From Oedothorax gibbosus (lineage: Eukaryota): 64,000 nucleotides of DNA. A program made the translations under genes and the position numbers. The stretch lies in NCBI GenBank assembly GCA_019343175.1, contig JAFNEN010000097.1, positions 157,448 to 221,447 on the forward strand. The letters are read 5' to 3'. The notes under the pieces are model-generated. The model did no database searches. It was not told where the DNA came from and saw only the letters and a program-made list of their open reading frames with translations. Shown one piece after another: positions 12,807 to 25,041 of the stretch; within the stretch, counting starts at the first letter, position 1; each line of letters begins with the position of its first letter.

Positions 12807-12939
12807 TTTACAACAATGCTTCAAAGCTTACCATCAAGCCTTCCATTATTATTTAAAGAAATAATACTGCAAATGGAAAATGAGTATACTCCTGTCTTAG
12901 TACAAGCTGCACTTACTTTGTTGTGTATCACTACAGAAG
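12807..12939 (+). CDS. NWD-like gene exon 11
   Basis: FTTMLQSLPSSLPLLFKEIILQMENEYTPVLVQAALTLLCITTEG. Acceptor tttcag| and donor |gtaaat. Confidence 0.75.
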
Positions 12940-13134
12940 GTAAATATATAGTATATTTTTATGTGGAACAAGTTTAAACTGTATCTAGCATAGTTCTATT
13001 TTTCTAAATTTTCTAGTGGAATTTTTTTTTCTTCAATTCCTAGTCCTTAAATGTAAGGCATTTCATGTTAACCCCTCAAAACAAGAAACACTCTAAATAA
13101 TACAGTGATTTGGGTCAATTTTCAATAATGTCTC

Positions 13135-13610
13135 TGTATATACTCGTGTATAAGCAGAACAAATTTGGACAAAATTAGCGCCGTAAAAATAGGGGTCAAC
13201 TTATACACAAAACATTAAATTTCCAACAAAAAATTCTGTCCTTATTACTAAAGTTTCAATTAAACTTCAGGTTTTGATACTATCTATTAAAATAAAGGCA
13301 CAAAAGCAGTTAAAAACTCTGGATGAACTAAGATTGGTATCTGTTCACTGTATTTACCAATGATGCCTAATTGTTAGCTTTTGGCGTGATGCGTAATTTG
13401 TACAGTGTAGCTTTGGTACAGGGCAGTTCAGTCAACCAGTCTTCTTCAAGTGTGTAAAGAAAACAATATGCTGGTTCCTGACCTTAGTATGGGGGACTAG
13501 TGGTCTTCACGTTTCACTGAACTTAGCTAGCATCTACTTAGCGTCTCAATTCAAGGTCATCAAAGAACTTCGAATATGTTAAGGACACTCAGAGCCGAAA
13601 CCTGTTTTAT
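13135..13610. mobile_element. Truncated copy of the 18136-18803 MITE family
   Basis: Shares the left TIR tatactcgtgtataagc and ~470 bp of internal sequence (ggtatctgttcactgtatttaccaatgatg...ggcagttcagtcaaccagtctt) with the 18.1-kb element. The right TIR is missing. Confidence 0.45.
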
Positions 13611-14287
13611 TTTTGGCGCAGTTAAAATTTTGCTGATTGAGATAATCCTGATTGAGATATGCCTCTTTGATGCCATGTTTAGATTATGGTTTCATGTAAG
13701 ATAACTCCATCTGTCAAAACCCATTTTTTCATTGCTTAACTGTTTAGTTAGAAGTCTGTTAGCTTCAGTAAGCAGTCTCTTCTCTGAATTCCTTTCAGGA
13801 AGCAGAACTAGCAATGAAAATGACATATAAAAACTCTACTTATTGTTGATTTTATGTTGCTTTTGCAAATAAAAATGATTGCTGTACAGTGAAAAGTATT
13901 TTTAAAAAAGTTTTATATCTTATTTTCCATTTTTTAAACAATTGTGCTAGCAACTCATTTGGTTTAAATAATACTCTTTTTTTTTATTAAACGTTTTATT
14001 TTAAAATTTGAAAAAAGTAATCCTCCCAATCCAAATAACAGGCAAAAATTGTGTCTTTGTTTATAGAATATTTTACTGTAGTACTATGACACTTTAAAAT
14101 GTAGGTATGATACATGGATTGGTTTGTGTGTCTGTGCTGTGTGGTATGCTTAGTGCTATGCCCAATCATCAGACAATTATGGCTTGTTCCAAACTGTCCC
14201 ATGTGAGACCAGTTACAATTATTTTTCTTATTTAATAAAATAACTTTTTACTGTATAATTTTAATAATTTTTTAATTTTAAATTTAG

Positions 14288-14474
14288 GTTTAGATGATGC
14301 AGACTTGCATTTACTTTTAAGTTTAGCAGTGTTGGACAAAGGAAAAACTGAGACGCGTCCCTTCAATGATATCCTGAAACAGATAGATGTACTGGATTCA
14401 AACAACTTGCTGCCCAAAGTTACATATTGTTCTTTAATACATTTGATCTGTACTTTTGCTTATGGTCATAATAG
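14288..14474 (+). CDS. NWD-like gene exon 12
   Basis: GLDDADLHLLLSLAVLDKGKTETRPFNDILKQIDVLDSNNLLPKVTYCSLIHLICTFAYGHNR. Acceptor aatttag| and donor |gtacat. An alternative in-frame acceptor lies 6 nt downstream. Confidence 0.75.
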
Positions 14475-14682
14475 GTACATTTTAATTTGCATTTATAAAA
14501 TTGAGTTTCAAAAATTTCCTTTAAATGTCATTTTTAAAGATTATGGTTGGTAGTCTTGTTTATCTGGTAACCTTGAACATCATCTGTATTTTCTTTTTTT
14601 AAATGTAATTTTACTCATAAGAGTAAAGGTAATTAATTTTATGTTTGTAATATTTTTGAACTTATGGATTTTTTTGTCATAG

Positions 14683-14792
14683 GTTCAAAGTATATAATTT
14701 AACTGGTACTGAATTTGAAAAGGCTATTATGAAGTTTTATTTGAATCGAAACTTTCAAAATTTTGCTACATATATGCATTGTAATATGGCAG
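14683..14792 (+). CDS. NWD-like gene exon 13
   Basis: FKVYNLTGTEFEKAIMKFYLNRNFQNFATYMHCNMA. Acceptor tgtcatag| and donor |gtgagt. Confidence 0.7.
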
Positions 14793-15621
14793 GTGAGTTT
14801 CTTAAATAATTTGAAGTTATTAATGTAGCATCATGTTTGTCAATATTTTGTTTTAAACTAATTTCCACATAGACATTTCCAAGGATGCTAATGATGCAAT
14901 AATTTAACTAGTAAATATTAACTTGATTAATACTATATTCTTTAAAAAAATGTATTGGTATAATTTCATTAAATCTTTCTTTTATTTTTGGTTTATATCG
15001 TAAGCAGACATAAACTTTACCCCTATGAGCGTCATATGATTTAAGCCTAAACCAAGTACAGTTAACTCCTGATTATCCGTGGCCCCTCAAAGAACCTCCA
15101 CCCCCTTTTTTCAAAGATGTTTTACAAAACACAGTTGAATTTAACCTCAACTGTCTCAAAACTTGTTGTAAGATTGCATTTCAAAAACGACTATTAGAAA
15201 TAACTTTATATTGTTTGTCTAGTTGTCAAAAGCCCTATGTTCCGTCGCCAAAACGTCTGAAACCACAGTACTGTTCACAAATTGTATGAAAAGAAGTTGA
15301 AGTTTGTTTGGGCTGTCAAGCAATGGTCATTTGTCCATTCCTTATCCTTACACTCAAATTTGTAGATAATTTCTTTACTTATGTGGATTATTTGTGAATT
15401 CACTTCTACATATATATGCCACACCACCCAATTCTGCGAATGATTGGGAGTTTACTGTTTGTAGGAAATCAGTGTATCGTCAAATTAGTTATTATTTTCA
15501 GATTGAACATTATATCATGAAAAGTTATTGTATAAAATTTTTAAACAATACCTTGTTTAAAAATTTTATACTGTAAACTGTTTTTAAATTACATTTTAAA
15601 CTTCATTTTTTTTGTGTGCAG

Positions 15622-15931
15622 CCTATTATCAGAAGATATGTGATCCTGGATGCGATGGACTGTGGAAAGGACGCTCAGGCTCTGCATATAGAGGCCTAAT
15701 TCACCATTTATTTAATGGAAAATGTTATAAAGTTCTTTTTGATAATTTGTGCTGCCTAAAGTTTTTAGAGGCAGCTTTCAGTATTGGAGCAGAAGATTTT
15801 CTTTTAGAGTATTACTCATTATTACTAAAAGAAGTTAAAAGTGGAAATGCTGAGGCAAAGAAAGTAGTTGACATTCCTCTTCTTATGTCATTTGATGATT
15901 TTGTTTCCCGGAATTTACATATTTTACAGTT
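15622..15931 (+). CDS. NWD-like gene exon 14
   Basis: YYQKICDPGCDGLWKGRSGSAYRGLIHHLFNGKCYKVLFDNLCCLKFLEAAFSIGAEDFLLEYYSLLLKEVKSGNAEAKKVVDIPLLMSFDDFVSRNLHILQ. Acceptor gtgtgcag| and donor |gtgagt. Confidence 0.8.
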
Positions 15932-16270
15932 GTGAGTATTGCAATTTCTTAAAAGAAATTAAACAATGTCCTATTATTCACAAATGCTATACATCAGCCC
16001 ATCTTGTTTTATTTCTAAAACCAGTGTTATAAAACTAAACTACTTTAATTGTATTTTAAAGTTAGTGATTGCAGTTTAAATAGATTTTCTAAAATTTGCA
16101 AAATAAATGGTTGCATCGATAACATTAAACAAAATTGATTTTTTATGACATTTTTAGAATTTAAGCCTTCTACAAAGGAACTGTATTTTTTCTTATTCTA
16201 GTCACTAAAATTAGTTAAAATATTTGAAAATTATTGTTTATGATCTATTAATATTCATTATAATCTTCAG

Positions 16271-16430
16271 GAATCCACATTTAGTTGCACAGCAGGCAAT
16301 TAATGAACCATCAACATCTCTTGTGAATATAAGTATTGACAACTTTAAACTAAAAGAATATCACGTTGTTGAATGTGTTTCTGACAAGACTCTTGATACC
16401 AGAGTTGCAACTCTTGGAGGTTTTATTAAG
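16271..16430 (+). CDS. NWD-like gene exon 15
   Basis: NPHLVAQQAINEPSTSLVNISIDNFKLKEYHVVECVSDKTLDTRVATLGGFIK. Acceptor tcttcag| and donor |gtgata. Confidence 0.75.
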
Positions 16431-17350
16431 GTGATATTGCATTTCCCCCCCAAATTATTTGCTAAATATAAAAAACCATGATATGTCTGACTCTTTGATG
16501 AATAAAACCTTTTTCACCTTAATTACATTTTTAGAACACAAATATCTAAATCAAAAATAGTATGAATGTTTCTTTAATATGAAAATATATTAGTTTTGTT
16601 TGAGTGTATGCATTCACATGTAGTTATTTTTTCATAAGAAATGATTATTTTGCTGTGTCATGCATGTTTGGGGATCTGTTAATATTGTCAATTTGAATAA
16701 AAAAAACATTGATATGCTGTGAAACTCCCATATGATTAATATAATACAATTCTATTAAAATCATTTATTATTGTAAAATTTGCATATTGTTTTCAATAAT
16801 AGGAATTATACAATAAGTTTTTTACTTTTCAGATTTGTGAAAATCTTAATTTTTATGGTTAATAAAGATATACAATATGAGTTCTCCTAGTACTCATCTT
16901 CTAATCCTTGAATTATGTTTTTCTCATAGAAAATCATAAAAGTATTTCAGGATGCATATAAAAATATTTATTGTCCTTTTGCATTTAGCCTAAAATGTTT
17001 GTTTGAAATATAAACATATTCTTTATCACTCAATATAACTGAATTTTAAATAAATACTTTTTATAAAAGATTATCTGTAAAGAAAATGCAATAATTTACA
17101 GTAAATTGCCAACAACACTTCATGTAATTAAGAAGTTTTGATAACATTAAACTAACGTTAATGTTACATTGTAATATTATTTATACTTTAATGTTATATT
17201 GTAACATTAACTACACTTTAATGTTACAATGTTTTCTAAATTTAATTTTATTATTTCCAAAAAAACTTGTATTTTCTAAATTATGTTATTAAAATATACT
17301 CAAACGCAATTTTAAATATCCATTACTTTAATATTTTTTTTAATTTCTAG

Positions 17351-17443
17351 AATATCACTGCTGCTTATCTGTCATCTGATGATCTTGCAGTCTTAGGAAG
17401 TGAAGATGGATACTTGAAAGTACTAGATATTATGTCTAAGAAG
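17351..17443 (+). CDS. NWD-like gene exon 16 (first WD blade strands; GC donor)
   Basis: NITAAYLSSDDLAVLGSEDGYLKVLDIMSKK. Acceptor tttctag|. The donor is AAG|GCAAGT, a consensus GC-type donor. It is phase-0 compatible with exon 17. The alternative GT donor at 17514 would add a hydrophobic junk extension. Confidence 0.65.
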
Positions 17444-18135
17444 GCAAGTTATTTTGTATCTAAAAGTAAATTTACATTTTTGTTTCTTTTATTGCATATT
17501 TTTTTGTGGGAAGGTAATTATCGCTAATTTTATCGAAGGTAGGTTTTATGCCAAATCTTTTTATGATAAAATTTATTTTTATTAATAATTTTCAAGTAAC
17601 AGAAGAAAAATATACATTGATAATTTTTTTTGCATGACTGTCTGATACATTTCAAGAAGACATACTCTTTGCTGTCTTGCCAAATTACCATTTTAATCTA
17701 ATGTAATATTATATATTTCACAATTTTTTCTTTTTAAAATAATTATTAGTTAAGTTAGGTTCTGCCTGAGGCTACTGGCTCATAAGTTAGCGCTTATCTC
17801 CTTTTCTGTAGCCTTTGGGCTCATGTTCTCATGCTAGCAATCATCTATGCTGGGTGGTTAATTCAATGACCCTTAGTTAACTTCCCAGACAAGCCTTGTA
17901 CTCATTTATCATTCCTAGAAAAATGAAATGCTGAGTGAACCCATGACACACTTGACCCCAATACAAACCCGGGTCAATGGCATAAAAGACGGGTAACCTG
18001 ACATCCTACACCATTCTTAAAATAAAGTATAGTGACATCAAAAGTTTTCAATTACATACTTGCACAAGTTTTTTAATCAAGTATATACTTTTATTTTTCA
18101 TTGTTTTTAATTATATTAATTTTTTACTTAATGAA

Positions 18136-18803
18136 ATACCGTATATACTCGTGTATAAGCCGAGAAATTTTGGACAATTTCAGTGCCGTAAAAATCGGGG
18201 TCGACTTATACACGAGACATCAAATTTCCAAAAAAAAAAATCCCATTCCCTTAAAATAAAACTAAATTTCAATCAAACTTAAGGTTTAGATACTATCTAT
18301 TAAAAATAAGGACCCAAAAGCGGTTAAATCTTGAAGATGAAATAAGATTGGTATCTATTAACGGTATCCACCATAATGATGTTTAATAGTTAGTTCTCGA
18401 CGTGATGCGTATTTTGCACGTGTAGCTCTGGCACAGGGCAGTTCAGTCAACCAGTCTTTAAGGTGTAAAGAAAACAACATCCGTCCGTGACCTTGGCAGC
18501 ATAGTCTTCACGCTTCACTGAACTTAGTTTCAACTAAGATTCTCCGTTCAGGGTCGGCAATGTCAAGGACACTCGGAGATGAAACCCGTTTTATTTTCAT
18601 TGGGGTTGAAATTTAGCTTGCAAAATAAATAAAAATTACGATCCCGTTATGAACCGGTTTCTTCATATTTTCTTCAGAAGGCTGGCCTTTTTTCCTACCT
18701 CGACTTATACACGGGTTACCGATTTTGGAAGGATATTTGGTTTAAAAATGGGGGGTCGGGTTATACACGGAGTCGGGTTATACACGAGTATATACGGTAT
18801 ATA
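18136..18803. mobile_element. MITE with ~25-bp TIRs (taccgtatatactcgtgtataa)
   Basis: Left end is ataccgtatatactcgtgtataagccgag. The right end is cgggttatacacgagtatatacggtat. There are internal sub-terminal copies of the TIR (gtcgacttatacacg) and no ORF. Confidence 0.5.
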
Positions 18804-19387
18804 TTTTCCGACAAGAAATACTTGTTAATTGCTGAAAATAAATAAATTACTAAACAAAAAATAATTTTAACCTTTTTTCGGAAAAGTGTTATAAAATAAA
18901 AATAATTAATTAAATATGAAAAAAAAAAGGAAATAGGAATACCTTAAGTTTATTTTTTACCAAAAATGAGGCCCATTACTTTTAAATAAAAGCTTGTCAC
19001 CAAAATATATATAGAAATATTTCAGAAGATTGCAACTTAATTTTTTAATGTACCCTGTTGTCATTAACTTAATATAAATTGTTTACTTAAATATCATTTT
19101 TGTATTATTACCTAGAGGTTTACACGGAGATTTAAGAATAATTGGCTTGATTGCTCCTAGAATATTTTTCCATTACCAGTTAAACTTGCCATTAATTACA
19201 GTAGTATGTTCTATACTAGATATTTTTTAAATAATTTTTTACTAAAATATATAACTTTAATATATTTACAATAATCATATTAACAGAATATCTTTAAGTG
19301 TGATTTATTTAACTTTATAAAATTGCATATATTTTTTAAAAAGATATAACCTGTTATAATTTATTAACAAAAATTATTTTCATAGTA

Positions 19388-22300
19388 CAGTAAAACCTCC
19401 GAATACCGGACACTCGCGGTGCCGGACCTTTTGCCCGTTATTTTTGTATATATTTTTTTTTGGGGGGGGGGGGGTAAATTTTTATTTAAAAAAAACATCA
19501 CTTAACAAAAGGTCAAAATTACTAATTAAACTAAAGGAAATAAATTTAATAACTTTGATTTATAATAGGAGTAAATGTTTTATTGTATTTTAAAATCTAT
19601 GCAATTCAGTTTTATGTTTTATTCTAAGAGAATAACGACAAAATATGTACTACTTAAGTGTACCAAAATATAATTTATTTAAAATTATCCATTAGGACAG
19701 TTTGGTTCATCTTCTTGACATTAACCTTTTGCCTGCAGCCTTTGGACGAGTAAAATTTCCCTTGCCTACGGAGAATTTTCAGGATTTCATACCCCTATCT
19801 TTATTCTCGCCATACTATCAGACCACACAAGGAGACCCCTTTCAACTGCCAACCCCTGTTCAACCCCTTGACATGCGATCGTTAGGTTTACTATCTATTA
19901 AGGTTTCGGCTTTGTAAGGCTGCAATACTGCAACTGTTATTGCACATTTCGTGAAGAAAGAGGCTAATATTTATTGCTGCCTTTATTTAATTTAGTTATA
20001 CTGTTTAAAAAAAATCTAAGGCATAGCTTCCGTAATTTAAACCGTATTTGAATAAATCGCTGATTATATGCTCAATTTTGAAGTTCCAGGGAAATAATAC
20101 CAATTTCAGAGACGAATTTCATAGACGGTTTCATAGACGAAATAACATGGTGTTAAATCAAAATAAAGGCTCGTGTCGTAATCCTTATAAATTCCGCTTC
20201 TCTAATGCGTTCATCCCTATATGCAATTCATGCAACTGTTTAAAGCTTAGTCATCAGACGAGAACACAAGTGTTAACTACCCTATGAAAATATGATACTA
20301 TACTAATATGATACAATGAGTAGTTAAAAAATACCCTCTAGTTATTTTAACTTCATTAAATGTTTTAGAAAATGACCAGAAATTTTTAGAACTTCTTACT
20401 TCCTTCGACTCTGCTATATAAAACATCCACACCAAGACAAATTTGCATTCCTTGGAAACTATTTACTTAGTTTATGTGTTACTTCATTTTAACTGTTTAG
20501 TTCTTATGGATGGATTCAAGACGTTATGACAGTTTCCAAAAGAATTCCTCGAAAAATGCAGACAACATACAAAGCCTATTCTTAGAGAGAAATTATTGTG
20601 CGTGACTAATTTACAAACGGCCACAGTATAGTTCCAACTGAAACGGATTACTGATGATTGGAACCTGTCACATATAACAAAGAGGTTCTTTCCTCCTAGC
20701 TTGAGCATTGAGCTTCAGAATAAACCCTATTGACCATATACCTCCTTTGTTGTCCCCCTTTCCCAAACACTTGAGATCCAAAAGAAAAGTTGAAAATGAA
20801 AACTACAATTATAGTTTTAATTTAGGAACTAGTTATTTTACTTTGTTTGATATTTGATCTAAATGAATGAAGGAACATTTACAAGAGGAGATTCTCATTT
20901 AGTTGGGTCTGACTTTTCAATAATTCTATAACAATGAAATAGAACACTACACAATTTTTCATTTTCAAGGTATCTTGGTTGCATCTAGCATTTCCTTTTC
21001 AGAATCAGCATACTTGTTACTTAACAAGACCTTTTCATTTAAATCTTAAAAAATATGATATTGTGATTTAATTTAAATAATAACACTACATTCAATTTTA
21101 TGAAATGAAGCAGGATTAGTATTAAAAAGTTTTTTTTTCTTATAATCAAAATTTTACATACAGAATTTAACATCGCGCGTACCTTGGAACATTCGGTAGA
21201 CCTTTAAATACTAATAAAAACACATAATTTGCATTTAATACATAAAATAACAGTCAATCGATAATCTAACGTAATTAATGATAAATCGTTTTTTTTTTAA
21301 ATATTAATTTATATTTTTAAATTCCGTACCATAGATCCTTAAAACTAAGTGTGAGTAAAACTATTGCTTGAGTTTCCAACACATTAAAAGTTTACCCAAT
21401 AGATGTTTTGTGGGAATAAAACTATTGGGAAACTTGTATTAAAATTCAACACCATCATACATGCTGCTAAACTAGAAGAAAAACCTTTTCAAATTGTGAA
21501 AGGTTTTATTAGTTTGTTATGTTATAATAGATTTAAAAAAAAAGGTTGTTCTAAAATGATCAGTTTAAATAAATTTTTAAATATGTTCAAACCAGTCATT
21601 AACCACTTACAATTTACGAAAGACATAGCATTGGCGACAGGTTGGCAACAGTTCATCGAAATTTAATACAACTCAACGCCAAGGCTTGTCCAGAATAGGA
21701 CACGCTCACCTTTCACAATGACCATATTGTTATGAACTCACGAAGGCATTACTACAATTCATCAAAGTTGACAACTCGCTTGGCAAAAAAAGGGGTCGCA
21801 GTGAGTGGTACATATGTTGTACCAGGCCCGTAGTCAAAGGAATGTCCACTGCTGGTACATATGTTGTACCAGCAGTAGTTAGAAGGTTAAATACCTGCTT
21901 CTCAAGATTAATAATGAGTTCGTTTACCTTTGTAAGTCCATTAGTGTCTTCTTTGCGCAGATAAAACTTTCTTAACTTCTGAGTACTCTTCAAAGCTTAT
22001 AGTTTTTAATATCACAGGTGTCTTCTTCTAAACCTGCAGCTTCTTCTTCCTCATCTTCAGAAATAGATGCCGTTATTAATGTTGTTTTCGACGAAATGAA
22101 ATCGGAAATGTCCATATCCTCTTCAATACACAAATCGTCATCAATTTGGACGTAATCTTCATAGGAAACATTTGGGTTTAGATGACACACTAGCTCTTCT
22201 AGATATTTATCGGTTGCAGGCAAATTTTCGGGAATATCCTTTTTGCGTGTGCTTGAAAAACCCGCCTTTTTGAAACATTTCAGGACACTTCCGGGTTTCA

Positions 22301-23857
22301 CTTTCTTAAGTGCCGACGTTGTCCACGATATGGCATCTAACACAGATACCGCCTTGGACAACTCTTCGCTGGATTGACATGTCGTAATCTTTGACAAAAT
22401 GTGTCTAAGTAGAAGTTTTCGGTAACCAACTTTGAAGCTGCAAATAATTCCAAGATCTAGAGGCTGTAATACAGACGTGGTGTTCGGGGGCGGAAACACT
22501 AACTTTACATTTTTAAGCTTGAAATCCTCAGGATGGGATGTGGCATTATCCATGAATAAAAGAATTTTCCTAGACTGTTTTTTCATTCTTTTGTCTAAGT
22601 CTATCTACCAATCACTCATTATGTAAGTGGTCATCCATGCTTTTTTGTTGTTTCTCTATGAAACACTTAGTTTTCGTATGTCGATATTTTAAAAAAATCT
22701 TGGTTTCTTAGCTTTTCCTATGACTAGTGGCTTTTCGAATTTTCCCAACATATTGCAACATAGCAAGATGGTTAAACGTTCTTTTGAAATTTTGCCGCCA
22801 CTACATTTTTCATTTTTGAAGCACAAAGTCTTGTACGGAAGGATGCGGTAAAATAAACCAGTCTCATCACAATTAAAAATGTTTCGATCCTCATACCCTT
22901 CACACAATGGTTTAAGTCTTTTGATCCAGTCGGCGACTTGAGTGGGGTCCACAGACTTTTCTTCGTCGCAAACTGCTTTGAAAGAAATGTTTTGGCGTGT
23001 CTGAAGTTTTTCAAGTTATCCATTAGAAGCCTTAAAACTTTCAATTCTCAAAGATTGGCCAACTTCTCTAGCTTTCTCTTGAAGAAGAACACCACTGACA
23101 GGAATATTTTTGGCACGCACTGACCGGAACCATCGCATCACAGATTCATCTATTTCACTGGTCTCCGTTTTGCGAAACTTGCTTTTTGAATTTTCATTCG
23201 CATTTGTAATCAACTGTTTCCGAATTTCTTCTTTCTTTTAAAAGCTGGCCTATCTGCGGTTTTCCAACTTTAAAATGTTCTGCAGTAGATCTCACACTTA
23301 GCTTTTCTTTTTCAGCAACATCCAAAATATCGATTTTTTCTTTTAACGTTAACCTTTTTCTCTTTAAAGACATTATTTTACTTAATCTAAATCAGCTCTC
23401 GTTAGAAACTCGACTTTTTAGGATTATGAGCAATTAGAAATCGGACACAATCCAGACAAGCGGTCAAACAGGTTCGCGAAGTGGACTATGGGAACGATTG
23501 CATTCACTCCCTCTCAATTCTCGGAAAAAGGTTTTGCAAATAATGGGGGAATTTGACGTGGGGGCGTGTCGAAACCATTGTAAAGCTATGGTGGTCATTC
23601 TAAGGTTACTAGAAGGTCATAGAACAGTCACCAATACGTCGTCTGGCGATAAGAGAATGAGGGTGCAAAAATTTTTGGTTACAAAAATGTGCTTTATTGG
23701 GATTGATAGCCGAATCATATAAATTTTTTTAAAAATGCGTCCGCTATTTAGAGGGTCCGTTATTTAGAGGTTATTACATTAAGTAACCTATGTTAAGGGA
23801 CCGGGACTTGAGAAAATGTCTGCTTTTTAGAGGTGTCGGTTAGAGGAGGTAACACTG
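19388..23857 (-). mobile_element. pogo/Tigger-like DNA transposon (putative full extent), antisense in intron 16
   Basis: TA|cagtaaaacctccgaataccggacac at the left end and ggtgtcggttagaggaggtaacactg|TA at the right end. The termini are imperfect TIRs of ~65 to 70% identity that share cagtaaaac/ctcc with the 10.1-kb MITE. The element contains the degenerate transposase below. The left boundary is uncertain. Confidence 0.35.
21990..23373 (-). pseudogene. Degenerate pogo/Tigger (CENP-B-like) transposase: HTH-psq, HTH_Tnp_Tc5 and DDE_1 segments interrupted by frameshifts
   Basis: Minus-strand pieces include MSLKRKRLTLKEKIDILDVAEKEKLSVRSTAEHFKVGKPQIGQLLKERRN (psq HTH) and ...VMRWFRSVRAKNIPVSGVLLQEKAREVGQSLRIESFKASNG (CENP-B/Tc5 HTH). 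The DDE catalytic core spans NCDETGLFYRILPYKTL...PLVIGKAKKPRFF and ILLFMDNATSHP...LVFPPPNTTSVLQPLDLGII, with an acidic C-terminus. At least 3 frameshifts separate the pieces. Confidence 0.7.
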
Positions 23858-23997
23858 TACTCAAAGAAAATTTCTTTGCACACTTTAAATATTTTCTCAG
23901 ATTTTTTAAATTGTTATTTCACTGATTAAAAAAACTATATTTCAAACAGAAAAAAATTGATATGAATAAGTAATAGTTAAAAAACCTATCATTTTAG

Positions 23998-24122
23998 ATT
24001 ACTAGAAGTTTTAAAAGTCACTCCTCAACCATTACTTTTATATGCTTTGCTGGAAAAGATAAAATCTGTACAGCATCTTCAGATACTACATTAAATATTT
24101 GGAGCATTGTAGATTTTAGTCG
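23998..24122 (+). CDS. NWD-like gene exon 17 (WD40)
   Basis: ITRSFKSHSSTITFICFAGKDKICTASSDTTLNIWSIVDFS. Acceptor ttttag| and donor |gtaaga. Confidence 0.7.
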
Positions 24123-24868
24123 GTAAGATTTATTAGAATTTTTGGTACGTAAATAATAAGTTTGAATGTTTTCTCCTTAGATGTTCTTTTTTTCCTTGCA
24201 AATTTTTCAGTCTTTCTGTATCAATTTGATTTTAAAATAAGTGTAAGATTTGCTAGATTTTAAATTTACCTACTCTTCTGGTCAAAATTTTAAATCTTTG
24301 ATGCTTTTTTATTTTTTATTTAAAGAACTAACTATGGTCATTTGAACACTACAAAGGAAACTTTAAGATTCTGGTGCAACACATTAAAGAATTTTTTCTA
24401 TAAAATTGAATTAAATAAAAAATAATATATACAATTATTTTATCTTTGGTGTTTCAGATTGATTCCAAAATTTCTTAATATAGTCACACCTCCGAGATAG
24501 AGTATTTGTGAACGTTTTTGCAAACTCTTTTACAGTTTCCCTCATTTAAATTCTTAAATCATAGTGATTTCTGTTGCTCAGGTGTTGTTCATAGTCATCT
24601 GAATCTGATATGAGTGTTCCAGTCATTCCTAACTATTGTCTCCAGATGTGGCTTTAGTGTGAAGTTTTTAATTTAACTTTAAAATTTTTTTAAATTAACG
24701 TTTAAATTTTTTAATTTTAAACATTCAGAAGTAAAGTAATTGCCTAAAATATAGTTTTTAGTGTGAAAATATCAAATACAAGTTAATGTTGGGTTTACTG
24801 ATCATTAGGTCAGAATTTATTCATTACAAACATACAAATAAGTTTATGCTATATTTTTTTTAATGTAG

Positions 24869-25018
24869 GTCTTTTGTGCTTAAGGGACATAATCATACTG
24901 TTTCTTGCTGCTGTGCTGATTTATCAAGTAACATTTTGTTTTCGTCTGGTTGGGATAATTCTGTTCGATTGTGGTCTTTATGGGATGGAAGATCTATATC
25001 AGTTATTGATGAATTTAG
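24869..25018 (+). CDS. NWD-like gene exon 18 (WD40)
   Basis: SFVLKGHNHTVSCCCADLSSNILFSSGWDNSVRLWSLWDGRSISVIDEF. Acceptor taatgtag| and donor |gtatgt. Confidence 0.8.
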
Positions 25019-25041
25019 GTATGTGGTTGTGAATACCATTA

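Noticed and set aside
17444-17513. Alternative longer exon 16 ending at the GT donor 17513|gtaatt
   Set aside because: It is phase-compatible but adds ASYFVSKSKFTFLFLLLHIFLWE between two halves of a WD blade. The consensus GC donor at 17443 gives a clean junction.
21990-22586. 198-aa DDE transposase ORF considered as an intact gene
   Set aside because: The upstream HTH and N-terminal DDE parts are in other frames (22689-22952, 23016-23213, 23230-23373). That means at least 3 frameshifts, so it is called a pseudogene.
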